A stretch of DNA of 64,000 bases. Source: Hyalangium minutum (lineage in GTDB: Bacteria > Myxococcota > Myxococcia > Myxococcales > Myxococcaceae). This document shows positions 20,552-29,911 of the stretch, piece after piece. The DNA lies in NCBI RefSeq assembly GCF_000737315.1, contig NZ_JMCB01000009.1, positions 62,001-126,000 of the forward strand, given 5' to 3'. Position 1 is the stretch's first letter. Every line of letters starts with the position of its first letter. Under the pieces are notes generated by a model that did no database searches, was not told the DNA's origin, and saw only the letters and a program-made list of their open reading frames with translations. Both the position numbers and the translations under genes were made by a program.

Positions 20552-21322
20552 GATGGCCTCTGCCCTCTCCGACTCCATGATGGATTGTAACACGCGCTCC
20601 AGGACGTCCAGCACCCGCACGTCCCCCAGATGGTGCAGATACCGGACAACCCGGTACACCTCCTGTGGGCCATGGGCGGAGGCATGCACTTGGGCGAATA
20701 AATCGGTCCAGTGCGGCAGCCTCTGCGCGAGCTGCTCGGTGCCCGCATAGCTGAGCACCAACAATCCCAGTGCCACCAGAGGTGGCCCCGGACGTGCTCG
20801 CACCGCCTGCTCGCTCTGCGTGGACAGGTCGTCCACCCGGTACTCGGACCGCAAGAAGTTCCACCCACGGCTTTGCACCGGACCGGCGGCCCAGACCCGC
20901 ACGTTGTAATGGTCCTCCAACCTCAGAGGAGCCGACCACTTGCGACCCCACCGGGGATACACCACCAAAGCGGAGACTCCCGGAATCCAGCGGCTGTGAG
21001 GGTGTACCTCGCGCCAATGCGTGATGAGACGCCAGCCATAGTCATGCAGCCGCACCGCCATCCACCGCTCCACCGAGGACTGGTGCTCGATGAGGAAGAA
21101 GTGAGGCGGCTCGTGTTCGCCCGCATGAAGCAGGCGGGCAGAGAAGAGCAGATCTTGGCGCGTCTCCCGATTTCCCTCCACCAGCGTGCCGGACTCCCGC
21201 CTCAGCGACGCCCAGTCCACCTGAGCCGTGAAGGGCTCGGGCAGGTTATGGCGCAGCAAAGCCTCGGCCCGGACCGGAGGGTTGAAGAGGTAGCGAAAGA
21301 ATCGATCGTGGGGACCCGCCAT
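20288..21322 (-). CDS. Rpn family PD-(D/E)XK nuclease (recombination-promoting nuclease/'transposase_31')
   Basis: HDRFFRYLF N-terminus, DLLFSARL, FFLIEHQS catalytic motif, C-terminal EG..EG..KG repeats; ATG 21322; codon usage looks less biased than the flanks. Confidence 0.85.
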   Translation of the reverse strand: MAGPHDRFFRYLFNPPVRAEALLRHNLPEPFTAQVDWASLRRESGTLVEGNRETRQDLLFSARLLHAGEHEPPHFFLIEHQSSVERWMAVRLHDYGWRLITHWREVHPHSRWIPGVSALVVYPRWGRKWSAPLRLEDHYNVRVWAAGPVQSRGWNFLRSEYRVDDLSTQSEQAVRARPGPPLVALGLLVLSYAGTEQLAQRLPHWTDLFAQVHASAHGPQEVYRVVRYLHHLGDVRVLDVLERVLQSIMESERAEAIMKTAAEVLREQGHQKGLIEGEARGLAKGRASGMAGAVLRLLAAKGVLVDDRSRQRIEACMDVATLEHWLDRALNATRVSEVLDDPAQ

Positions 21323-21485
21323 ACTGCCGGGCGCTCCAGCAACTCCCAGGCCATCCTGCTCTCCGAGCGCGCCAAGAGCGTCCACCGTCCACGCTCGGAG
21401 ACGCCCTGTCTCGCGCGGGAGACTCCAAAGGCCCAAGCGCGGAAACTGGCCGCCCGCCCGAGGATTTGACTAGGGTGCCCATACC

Positions 21486-22271
21486 TTGGACGGACTCAAA
21501 GAAATCGCGGTGATCTGGAGCGCGGAGACCCTCCGGGCCATCCGCAGCGCTCGCACACTGGTGCTTCTCGGGCTCTACGCCATGGCCTGTCTGGCCGTGC
21601 TGCTGTTCGTCACCCTCCTGAGTGGCGGCAGCCGCGTGCAACCCGGCGCCACGCCTGACCTCGAACAGCTCCCGGGAGTCATCGAGAACGTCTTCAAGGT
21701 CAACCTCTTCTTCCTGCCCATCTACGTCACGCTCATGGGCTTCGATCAGATCAGCGGAGAGGTGGGCACGCGCTCCATCCGCTACGTCACCCTGCGCGCA
21801 CGCCTGTCCTCGCTGCTGCTCGGCAAATTCCTGGTGCAGACCACCCTGCTGGTCGGGCTGGTGCTCATCATCGACGTGGGCATCATCCTCTACGCCCGCT
21901 ACGCCTTCCCGAACCTCACCCTCATGGCCATGGCGCTGAACCTCGTGAAGGTGTGGCTGGCCACCCTCGTGTTCTCGCTGTCCTACGTGGCCCTCACCAC
22001 GCTCTGCTCGAGCCTGTTCCGCGCCTCGGGACTGAGCCTCGTCTTCAACTTCTGCCTCGTCTTCGCCTTCCTGCTGATGGAGCTCGCGGGCCGCTACTAC
22101 GAGGGCAGATCCATCCTCGGCTACCTCCGCTTCCTGACGCCGTCGTACTACTCCACGGGCCTGTTCAGTCAGGACCTGGCGGACATGGGCCGCAGCGGCC
22201 TCATCTATCTCTCCTTCACCCTGCTCTTCCTGGGCGGCGCCTATGGCGTCCTGCGTTCGAGGGATCTGTGA
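21486..22271 (+). CDS. ABC-2 type transporter permease
   Basis: Six hydrophobic helices, GFDQISGEVGTRSIRY motif. Confidence 0.85.
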   Translation: MDGLKEIAVIWSAETLRAIRSARTLVLLGLYAMACLAVLLFVTLLSGGSRVQPGATPDLEQLPGVIENVFKVNLFFLPIYVTLMGFDQISGEVGTRSIRYVTLRARLSSLLLGKFLVQTTLLVGLVLIIDVGIILYARYAFPNLTLMAMALNLVKVWLATLVFSLSYVALTTLCSSLFRASGLSLVFNFCLVFAFLLMELAGRYYEGRSILGYLRFLTPSYYSTGLFSQDLADMGRSGLIYLSFTLLFLGGAYGVLRSRDL

Positions 22272-23179
22272 GCGAGCTGGCCATCGAACTGTCCCAGGTC
22301 ACCAAGCGCTTCGGCCCCAAGGTGGCCGTCAACGCCATCTCCCTCTCCATCCCGCTGGGGCAGGTGTATGGCCTCATCGGTCCCAACGGCGCCGGCAAGA
22401 CGACCACCTTCTCGATGATGTGCGGGTTCCTCCACCCGACCTCGGGCAGCCTCAGGGTGCTGGGAGTCCCGCCCACGCCCCCTGGAAACCTCAAGGGCAA
22501 GCTCGGCGCGCTCCCTCAGGACGCCCTCCTCCCGCCGGGCTGGGAGATCGGCGAGCTGCTCACCTACTGGGCCCGGCTCTCCCACTTGCCCCAGCCCGAG
22601 CGCGAGGCCCGTGAGGCCCTCGAGAAAGTCGGCCTCTCCGAGAACTGGTACACGCCCACCGAGGCCCTCTCCCACGGCATGGCCAAGCGCACCGCCATGG
22701 CGCAGGCGCTCATGGGCAAGCCGCCCCTGGTCCTCCTCGATGAGCCCACCGCAGGCCTCGATCCGCGCATCGCCGCTCAGGTGCGCCAGCTCATCCGCGA
22801 CATGAAGGGCCAGCAAACGGTGGTGGTCTCCAGCCACAACCTCCAAGAGCTGGAGGAGCTGTGCGACGCAGCCGCCATCATCGACAAGGGCTCCATCGTC
22901 AAGGCCGGGACCATGTCCGAGCTCACCGGCCTGGGCGCGGAGTTCCGCGTCCAGATCGCCCGCGGCGACATCATCCCCCCCGAGCTCACCCAGCTCCCCG
23001 GCGTCACCAGCGCCAAAATGGAGTCCCCCGGCGTGCTGCTCGTGCGGTTCGACAGCCAGGCCCACAAGCCCGAGGAAGTCATCAGCCGCACCGTCGCTCA
23101 CCTGCTCCAAACCGGCGTCCTGATCCTCGGCGTTACCCGGGGCCAGCGGCTCGAAGACCGCGTCCTGCAAATTCTTTGA
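22268..23179 (+). CDS. ABC transporter ATP-binding protein
   Basis: GPNGAGKT, LSHGM signature variant, LLDEP; GTG 22268 overlaps the permease stop. Confidence 0.9.
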   Translation: MSELAIELSQVTKRFGPKVAVNAISLSIPLGQVYGLIGPNGAGKTTTFSMMCGFLHPTSGSLRVLGVPPTPPGNLKGKLGALPQDALLPPGWEIGELLTYWARLSHLPQPEREAREALEKVGLSENWYTPTEALSHGMAKRTAMAQALMGKPPLVLLDEPTAGLDPRIAAQVRQLIRDMKGQQTVVVSSHNLQELEELCDAAAIIDKGSIVKAGTMSELTGLGAEFRVQIARGDIIPPELTQLPGVTSAKMESPGVLLVRFDSQAHKPEEVISRTVAHLLQTGVLILGVTRGQRLEDRVLQIL

Positions 23180-23201
23180 AACTCCCGGGCCGCTCCCGTC
23201 A

Positions 23202-23453
23202 CTACGGGCCGTGTCCTGGACCCTCACCCGCCTTTCGCACCCACCCCACGTAGCTCGCCCCGCGCCGCTCCAGGCGCAGGAGCGTGTGTCCGGTGGCCTC
23301 GCACCAGGCAGGCAGATCGGCCTCCAGCCCCCGGTCCGTGGAGATCAACTCCACCACCGTGCCCACCGGCACCCTCCGAATCGCCTTGGCGATCTCCAGG
23401 ATGGGCACCGGACAGGCGGCCCCAGAGGTATCCACTCGAACGGCCGCTTCCAT
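23202..23453 (-). CDS. tusA: TusA/SirA-family sulfur carrier
   Basis: DTSGAACPVPIL, STDRG, DLPAWC. Confidence 0.8.
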   Translation of the reverse strand: MEAAVRVDTSGAACPVPILEIAKAIRRVPVGTVVELISTDRGLEADLPAWCEATGHTLLRLERRGASYVGWVRKAGEGPGHGP

Positions 23454-23571
23454 GGGCCTCACGCTGACGTACGCCCCAGGGAGCATGCGCTGGGGGAATT
23501 TGCCGGAAATCTGTCGTGTTTCCGGGCCTCTAGGAAGGGTGGGAAGTCTGCCGAAGGCATGGCGGCTCGGC

Positions 23572-23601
23572 TTGCGTGGCCGGATTTCACTCTGTTATCT
23601 A
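23572..23601 (+). promoter_or_regulatory. sigma70-like promoter upstream of the DsbA gene
   Basis: TTGCGT ... TG-T-TATCTA (extended -10). Confidence 0.35.
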
Positions 23602-23674
23602 GCCCGCCTTCCTTACCCCGCCCGGGGCCGCCACGCACAGTACGGACCTGAGACGGAAGGAGCAGAACGGAAAA

Positions 23675-25711
23675 ATGGATCCAAGCGATAACAAGGGAGC
23701 ACACGGGGCCTCCAGCCACGCGTCCTCGGTTTCTGGTTCGAAGGCCAATGTGATTGTGGCCCTGCTGGTGGGCCTGGTGCTCGGCTTCTTCGGTGGCCGC
23801 GCCGCCACCGGCCCGGGCCGCAGTGGTGACAGCAACGCACAGGCGGCGGCGCCCTCGGCTGCGGCCCAGGCCGCGAAGCCCTCGCGTCCGGCCGACCCCT
23901 CCATCTTCAAGGTTCCCCTCGAGGACTCTCCCCGCAAGGGCAGCGATGACGCGCTCATCACCCTCGTGGAGTTCTCCGACTACCAGTGCCCGTTCTGCTC
24001 CCGCGCGAACGCCACCGTCGAGCAGCTGCAGAAGGACTACGGCGACAAGCTGCGCGTCGTCATGAAGCAGAACCCCCTGCCCTTCCACCCGCGCGCCAAG
24101 CCGGCCGCGCTCGCCGCCATGTCCGCAGGTGAGCAGGGCAAGTACTGGGAAATGCACGCGAAGATGTTCGCCAACGCCAAGCAGCTTGAGGACGCGGATC
24201 TGGAGAAGTACGCGTCCGAGATCGGCCTGGATGTGGCGCGCTGGAAGAAGGACTTGGCCAACCCGAAGTTCGGGCAGGCCATCGACCGGGATCAGGCGCT
24301 GGCCAGCCAGCTCGGCGCCAACGGCACGCCGGCCTTCTTCATCAACGGCCGCTTCCTGTCCGGCGCGCAGCCCATCGAGAACTTCAAGAACATCATCAGC
24401 GAGGAGCTGCCCAAGGCCGAGGCCCTGGTGAAGGGTGGCCTCAAGCCGAACCAGGTCTACGCCGCCATCATCGAGAAGGGCCAGACCCGCGCGGCGCCTC
24501 CGCAGCAAGAGCGCCAGCAGCCGTCCACCGCCTACCGCAAGATCGATGTGCCCGCCGAGGCCCCGGCCTTTGGCCCGAAGAACGCCAAGGTCACCATCGT
24601 CGAGTGGTCTGACTTCCAGTGCCCGTTCTGCAGCCGCGTGTCCCCCACGCTGGCGAAGATCAAGGAGCAGTACGGCAAGGAAGTGCGCGTGGTGTTCCGT
24701 CACCAGCCGCTGCCCTTCCACCAGGACGCGAAGCTCGCCGCCGAGGCCTCCATGGCCGCCCACGAGCAGGGCAAGTTCTGGGAGATGCACGACAAGCTCT
24801 TCGCCAACCAGAAGGCGCTGACCCGTCCCTCGCTGGAGAAGTACGCCGAGGAGCTGGGGCTGAACGTGGCCAAGTTCCGCCAGGCGCTGGACAGCGGCAA
24901 GTTCCGCGCGGCCGTCGAGGCGGACTCCACCGCCGGCAGCGCGGTGGGCGCCAACGGCACCCCGACGTTCTTCATCAACGGCCGTCAGTTCGTGGGCGCG
25001 CAGCCCTTCGAGAACTTCAAGACCGCCATCGATGAGGAGATCGCCCGCGCGGACAAGGCGCTGGCCAGCGGCGTGAAGATCGAGAACCTCTACGCCCACC
25101 TGATGAACAACCTGCCCGAGGCTCCTCCCGCGGCGGCCCAGGCCGAGCCGGCCGAGCCCCCGGTGCAGAAGATCGAGGTGGGACAGGCCCCGGCGAAGGG
25201 CCCCGCGAACGCCCCGGTCACCATCGTGGCCTTCTCGGACTTCGAGTGCCCGTTCTGCGGCCGCGTCATCCCGACGCTCAAGCAGGTCGAGGAGGAGTAC
25301 AAGGGCAAGGTCCGCATCGCCTTCAAGCACCAGCCGCTGCCCTTCCACTCGAACGCCAAGCCGGCCGCCGCCGCCTCCATGGCCGCCCACGAGCAGGGCA
25401 AGTTCTGGGAGTACCACGACAAGCTGTTCGCCAATCAGCGCGCGCTGGATCGCGTCTCGCTCGAGAAGTACGCCGAGGAGCTGAAGCTGGACATGGGCAA
25501 GTTCAAGGCCGCCCTGGACAGCAACAAGTTCAGCGCGCAGATCGAGGCGGACTCCGCCGAGGGCATGCGCGTGGGCGCCAACGGCACCCCGACGTTCTTC
25601 ATCAATGGCCGCACAGTCGTGGGCGCGGTGCCCTTCGACAACTTCAAGCGCGTCATTGACGAGGAGCTGAAGAAGGCCCAGGGCGGCGCGGTGGCCAAGG
25701 ACTCGAAGTAG
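23675..25711 (+). CDS. Membrane-anchored protein with three tandem DsbA/thioredoxin domains
   Basis: Three CPFC motifs, each followed by a GTP cis-Pro motif; N-terminal TM helix. Confidence 0.9.
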   Translation: MDPSDNKGAHGASSHASSVSGSKANVIVALLVGLVLGFFGGRAATGPGRSGDSNAQAAAPSAAAQAAKPSRPADPSIFKVPLEDSPRKGSDDALITLVEFSDYQCPFCSRANATVEQLQKDYGDKLRVVMKQNPLPFHPRAKPAALAAMSAGEQGKYWEMHAKMFANAKQLEDADLEKYASEIGLDVARWKKDLANPKFGQAIDRDQALASQLGANGTPAFFINGRFLSGAQPIENFKNIISEELPKAEALVKGGLKPNQVYAAIIEKGQTRAAPPQQERQQPSTAYRKIDVPAEAPAFGPKNAKVTIVEWSDFQCPFCSRVSPTLAKIKEQYGKEVRVVFRHQPLPFHQDAKLAAEASMAAHEQGKFWEMHDKLFANQKALTRPSLEKYAEELGLNVAKFRQALDSGKFRAAVEADSTAGSAVGANGTPTFFINGRQFVGAQPFENFKTAIDEEIARADKALASGVKIENLYAHLMNNLPEAPPAAAQAEPAEPPVQKIEVGQAPAKGPANAPVTIVAFSDFECPFCGRVIPTLKQVEEEYKGKVRIAFKHQPLPFHSNAKPAAAASMAAHEQGKFWEYHDKLFANQRALDRVSLEKYAEELKLDMGKFKAALDSNKFSAQIEADSAEGMRVGANGTPTFFINGRTVVGAVPFDNFKRVIDEELKKAQGGAVAKDSK

Positions 25712-25733
25712 TCCTCACCTCGCCTTGAAGCAC

Positions 25734-25777
25734 AAAGGCCGTCGGACCCCACAGAGGTCCGGCGGCCTTCGTGTTTT
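25734..25777. terminator. Intrinsic terminator between convergent dsbA-like and ridA genes
   Basis: AAGGCCGTCGGACC/GGTCCGGCGGCCTT stem with T-rich tail. Confidence 0.7.
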
Positions 25778-25791
25778 CAGGGCCTGGAGCT

Positions 25792-26178
25792 TCAGGACAC
25801 GGCGATGGCGTCGATCTCCACCTTGGCGCCACGGGGCAGCGCGGACACCTGCACGGTGGCGCGGGCGGGCGGCGAGCCGGTGAAGTAGCGGCCATACACC
25901 TCGTTCACCTTGGCGAAGTCGCCCAGGTCCGTGAGGAAGATGGTGCAGCGCACCACGTGGGAGAACTCGAGCCCGGCGGCGGCGAGCACGGCCTTCAGGT
26001 TCTGCATGACCCGCTCGGCCTGGGTGGCCGCGTCACCCTGGACCATCTCCATCGTCTTCGGGTCCAGGGGAATCTGCCCGGCGAGGAAGGTTAGCTTCCC
26101 GGCGTCCACTTGGATGGCCTGCGAGTAGGGGCCAATGGCCTGGGGGGCGTTGTCGGAGTGGATGACTTTGCGCGCCAT
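25792..26178 (-). CDS. ridA: RidA/YjgF enamine deaminase
   Basis: APQAIGPYSQAI, GQIPLDP, PPARATV, VEIDAIA. Confidence 0.9.
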   Translation of the reverse strand: MARKVIHSDNAPQAIGPYSQAIQVDAGKLTFLAGQIPLDPKTMEMVQGDAATQAERVMQNLKAVLAAAGLEFSHVVRCTIFLTDLGDFAKVNEVYGRYFTGSPPARATVQVSALPRGAKVEIDAIAVS

Positions 26179-26259
26179 GAGGGGCACCTCGGGGTGAAGC
26201 GGCCGTCCGCCGGCCGCGGTCCAAGGGAGCCTCTAGCACGAATCCCCGCGCCGCCGCGC

Positions 26260-28470
26260 TCAGATGCGCTCGACGGAGGTGACTCCGCTGATGCGCTCAA
26301 TGGCCTTCATCACGTCCGTGAGCTGCTTGAGGTCCGAGATCGTCACCTCGAAGGTGTTCACGGCGCGGTCATCCCCGGTGGCCCGGCAGTTGGCCTGGGA
26401 GATGTTGACGCCCTTCTTCGAGAAGGTGTTGGAGATGTCGGCCAGGAGGCCCGGCCGATCCGCGGTGAGCACGCGCAGAGTCACGGGCCGCTTGAAGTCG
26501 CCACGCACATCCCAGGACACGTCCACGCGCCGCTCGGGATCTGTGGCCATCGACTTCTCGCAATTGTCCGTGTGCACGGTGACGCCACGCCCACGGGTGA
26601 TGAAGCCTACGATCGGGTCTCCTGGCACGGGATTACAACAGCGCCCGAAGCGCACGAGCACATCGTCCACGCCGCCAATCTGGACGCCGCTCTTCGTGGG
26701 CCGTCCCACCAGCCGCTTGGCCAGGTCCGTCACCTTGGACAGGCCCGGCAGCATGGAGGAGGAGCCGCCATCGCCGTTGGAGGGCGAAGCCGCTGGGGCG
26801 GGACGCTCCTCGGTGCCCAGCTTGTCCTGGGGCACGAAGCGCTGGACGAGCTGCTGCGGCGTCACCTTGCCGTAGCCGATGGCCACCAGCAGATCGTCCT
26901 CGATGCGGTAGCCCAGCTCCTCGCCGATCTTCTTCAGCTCGCCGTTCTTGGTGAGCTTGTTGAGGTTGAGCTGGTAGCGCTTGAACTCGCGCTCGGCCAG
27001 CTCGCGGCCCAGCTGCAGGCTCTTGTCGCGCTGCTGCTGCTTGATGAAGTTGCGAATGCGCTGCTGGGCGCGGCTCGTCTTGACGAAGGTGAGCCAGTCC
27101 TTGGACGGGTGCGCCTGCGGGCTGGTGAGCACCTCCACCATGTCGCCGTTCTTCAGCTTGTAGCGCAGCGGGACGATCTTCCCGTTCACCTTGGCGCCCA
27201 CGCACCGCCCGCCCACGTCCGAGTGGATGGAGTACGCGAAGTCCACCGGGGTGGCCCCGCGCGGCAGGCTCTTCACGTCTCCCTTGGGCGTGAAGACGAA
27301 GACTTCGTCGGTGAAGAGGTCGACCTTGACGGTCTCCAGGAACTCCTTGGGGTCCTTGAGGTCCTGCTGCCACTCCATGAGCTGGCGCAGCCAGGCAAAC
27401 TTCTCGTCGTCCTTGGAGATGAGGACCTTGCCCTCTTTGTAGGCCCAGTGCGCCGCGATGCCCTCCTCGGCGATCTTGTGCATCTCCGGGGTGCGGATCT
27501 GCACCTCCACGCGCTCGCTCAGCGGGCCGATCACCGTGGTGTGCAGCGACTGGTACATGTTGGGCTTCGGGATCGCGATGAAGTCCTTGAAGCGCCCCGG
27601 CACCGGCTTCCACAGCTGGTGCACCAGGCCCAGCGCCTCGTAGCACGAGGGCAGCGTGGGCATCAGGATCCGGAACGCGATGATGTCGTGGATCTGATCG
27701 AAGTCGATGCCCTGCTGCTTGATCTTCTTGTAGATGCTGTAGACGTGCTTGAAGCGGCCGCTGACGTCGCCCTTGAGCCCGCGCGCCTCCAGCTGGGTGC
27801 GGATGATGGCGGCGGTCTCGTCGATGTACTTCTCGCGCTCCTTCTTGCGCTTGTTGAGCTTCTCCTGGAGGGCGAAGAACTCCTGGGGCTTCACGTAGCG
27901 GAAGGACAGGTCCTCCAGCTCGATCTTGATCCAGCTGATGCCCAGGCGGTTGGCCAGCGGGGCGTAGATGTCCAGCGTCTCCTGGGCGATCCGGGCCTGC
28001 TTCTCCTCGGACATATGGTCCAAGGTCCGCATGTTGTGCGTGCGGTCCGCCAGCTTCACCAGGATGACGCGGATGTCCTGCGCCATCGCGATGATCATCT
28101 TCCGGAAGTTCTCCGCCTGCTTCTCCTCCTGGGAGAGCGTGGCCGAGGCCGAGAACTTGGAGAGCTTGGTCACCCCGTCCACCAGCTGAGCGACCTCGGG
28201 GCCGAACAGCTCGGTGAGCTCTTCAGCGGTCGCCAGGGTGTCTTCGATGGTGTCGTGGAGCAGACCTGTGACGATGGAGGCCTCGTCTAGCTTGAGCTCG
28301 GCCAGAATGCCGGCCACCTCGAGCGGATGGATCAGGTAGGGCTCCCCGGATTTGCGGAGCTGGCCCTGATGCACCTTGGCCGAGTAGACGTACGCCTTCT
28401 TGATGATGTCCAGATCGGGGTCCGGATGATAGGAGGCAACCCGCTGGAGGATGTCGTTGAGGCGAATCAT
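26260..28470 (-). CDS. relA: Long RSH bifunctional (p)ppGpp synthetase/hydrolase
   Basis: Intact HD (LLHDTIED), synthetase GRFKHVYSIYKK / YQSLHT / EVQIRT, TGS, ZFD (CCNP) and ACT domains. Confidence 0.95.
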   Translation of the reverse strand: MIRLNDILQRVASYHPDPDLDIIKKAYVYSAKVHQGQLRKSGEPYLIHPLEVAGILAELKLDEASIVTGLLHDTIEDTLATAEELTELFGPEVAQLVDGVTKLSKFSASATLSQEEKQAENFRKMIIAMAQDIRVILVKLADRTHNMRTLDHMSEEKQARIAQETLDIYAPLANRLGISWIKIELEDLSFRYVKPQEFFALQEKLNKRKKEREKYIDETAAIIRTQLEARGLKGDVSGRFKHVYSIYKKIKQQGIDFDQIHDIIAFRILMPTLPSCYEALGLVHQLWKPVPGRFKDFIAIPKPNMYQSLHTTVIGPLSERVEVQIRTPEMHKIAEEGIAAHWAYKEGKVLISKDDEKFAWLRQLMEWQQDLKDPKEFLETVKVDLFTDEVFVFTPKGDVKSLPRGATPVDFAYSIHSDVGGRCVGAKVNGKIVPLRYKLKNGDMVEVLTSPQAHPSKDWLTFVKTSRAQQRIRNFIKQQQRDKSLQLGRELAEREFKRYQLNLNKLTKNGELKKIGEELGYRIEDDLLVAIGYGKVTPQQLVQRFVPQDKLGTEERPAPAASPSNGDGGSSSMLPGLSKVTDLAKRLVGRPTKSGVQIGGVDDVLVRFGRCCNPVPGDPIVGFITRGRGVTVHTDNCEKSMATDPERRVDVSWDVRGDFKRPVTLRVLTADRPGLLADISNTFSKKGVNISQANCRATGDDRAVNTFEVTISDLKQLTDVMKAIERISGVTSVERI

Positions 28471-28615
28471 TAAGCAGAGCCAATCGTAACTTTGGGAACC
28501 CTAGGGGGCAACGTCCTAGGTTTTCCTCAGAGAGGCCGTTGCGGATCTTGACGGCCGCAGAACCGTTCGCATTCGTTGACCCGACGTTTTAGGGACCCAT
28601 AAAGTCTCCCCGCCC

Positions 28616-29881
28616 ATGTCACAGCTCCTGCTGTCCGCTCTCGCCGTGGTCTGCCCGAACTGTGACGGCCACAATCCGCCTCGTACGGCGGTGTGTGCAC
28701 AGTGCGGAGCGTCCGTGAGCGAGGCTCCGGGAGCCCGGGCCGCGCCTGCTCGCCCGGCCCCCGGGCAGCGCCCCGCCGGCGCACAGAATCCAGCGCCGCG
28801 CACGGCTCCTGTCTCCAGCTTCCCCCGAGGGGCTGAGGGCGGCCCTCCCGTCCCTCGCCCGGGAGAGGCAGTACCGCCAGGGCTGCGGCCGTCCGCTCGG
28901 ACGCCCCCACCCTCGGCCGCCTCCGGAATCCCCGTTGAGCCGGCACCGCAGACCCGCCCCGGACCTCCTGTTCCGGGGGTGCAGCCCGTAGGCACAGCGC
29001 GGCCTGCGCCGGCGAGCCCGACCTCCGGCTCCCGTCCCCAGCTGGGCGAGGCACCTCCTCGCGCAGCTCCGCGAGGGGCTCCTCCGGTGCCTGTGGGCGA
29101 GAGGCTCCCGCCGCCGGTGCCCGACGCCGCCCCCGCGCCGAGGGCCGTCCCCTCCGCTCCTCCGGTCGCAGCAACGCCTCCCACCGCAGCTCCCGCCCCT
29201 GCGGGGCCCGGTGTCGCGCGCCCTCCTCCAGCGGCCTCGAAGTTCGGCCTCACGGTGGTGGCGGGCTCCAGCCGGGGCCAGCGCTACAAGCTGCCGGTGA
29301 CGGGCTGTGTGGTAGGCCGCAGCCGCGGCGCCATCCTTCTGCAGGACGATGCGTTCGTCTCCGCCCTCCACGCCACGTTCCTGGTGAAGGAAGGGGCCCT
29401 CTTCGTGAGGGACGAGAGCAGCGCCTCCGGGGTCTACGTCACCATTCCCGGTACGGAGGCCATCGTGCCCCGGACGCTGTTCAGCGCCGGCTCGCGGCTT
29501 TTCCGCTTCAGCGGCCGCATCGAGATCCCCATCGCGCAGCCTGGGCAGCCCGTCATCTACGGCGCGCCCGTGCCGCTCGGCCAGGCCATCTACGTGGTGG
29601 AGGAGATCCTCGTGGGTGGACGGGCGGGCCGCGCCGTGGTGGCGGCCACCACGCTGCTCACCATTGGCCAGGCCCACTGTGACTTCAGCTTCCCGCAGGA
29701 CGAGGGGCTCGCGGGCCGCCACTGTGAGCTCAGCCCTACGGCCACCGGGGCCATGCTGAGGGATCTCTCCGGCGGCCTGGGGACATACTTGCGCATTCCG
29801 CCGGGCACCGAGCGCCCGCTGCGCTCCGGAGATCGGGTGCGCATTGGCAACCACGTGTTCCAGGTCGAGATGCTGGGCTGA
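28616..29881 (+). CDS. Double zinc ribbon + Pro-rich linker + two FHA domains
   Basis: CPNC...CAQC; FHA1 GRS...SALH canonical; FHA2 GQA...AGRH degenerate. Confidence 0.8.
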   Translation: MSQLLLSALAVVCPNCDGHNPPRTAVCAQCGASVSEAPGARAAPARPAPGQRPAGAQNPAPRTAPVSSFPRGAEGGPPVPRPGEAVPPGLRPSARTPPPSAASGIPVEPAPQTRPGPPVPGVQPVGTARPAPASPTSGSRPQLGEAPPRAAPRGAPPVPVGERLPPPVPDAAPAPRAVPSAPPVAATPPTAAPAPAGPGVARPPPAASKFGLTVVAGSSRGQRYKLPVTGCVVGRSRGAILLQDDAFVSALHATFLVKEGALFVRDESSASGVYVTIPGTEAIVPRTLFSAGSRLFRFSGRIEIPIAQPGQPVIYGAPVPLGQAIYVVEEILVGGRAGRAVVAATTLLTIGQAHCDFSFPQDEGLAGRHCELSPTATGAMLRDLSGGLGTYLRIPPGTERPLRSGDRVRIGNHVFQVEMLG

Positions 29882-29911
29882 GGAGCCCCGCTGAGGCGTC
29901 CCCTCCCCGCG

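Noticed and set aside
20288-21322. Rpn gene as an active IS transposon
   Set aside because: No terminal inverted repeats or target duplication seen; Rpn proteins are not known to transpose
23900-25700. Near-identical repeated DNA blocks as a possible CRISPR or repeat array
   Set aside because: They are the three paralogous DsbA domains within one CDS; no spacer structure
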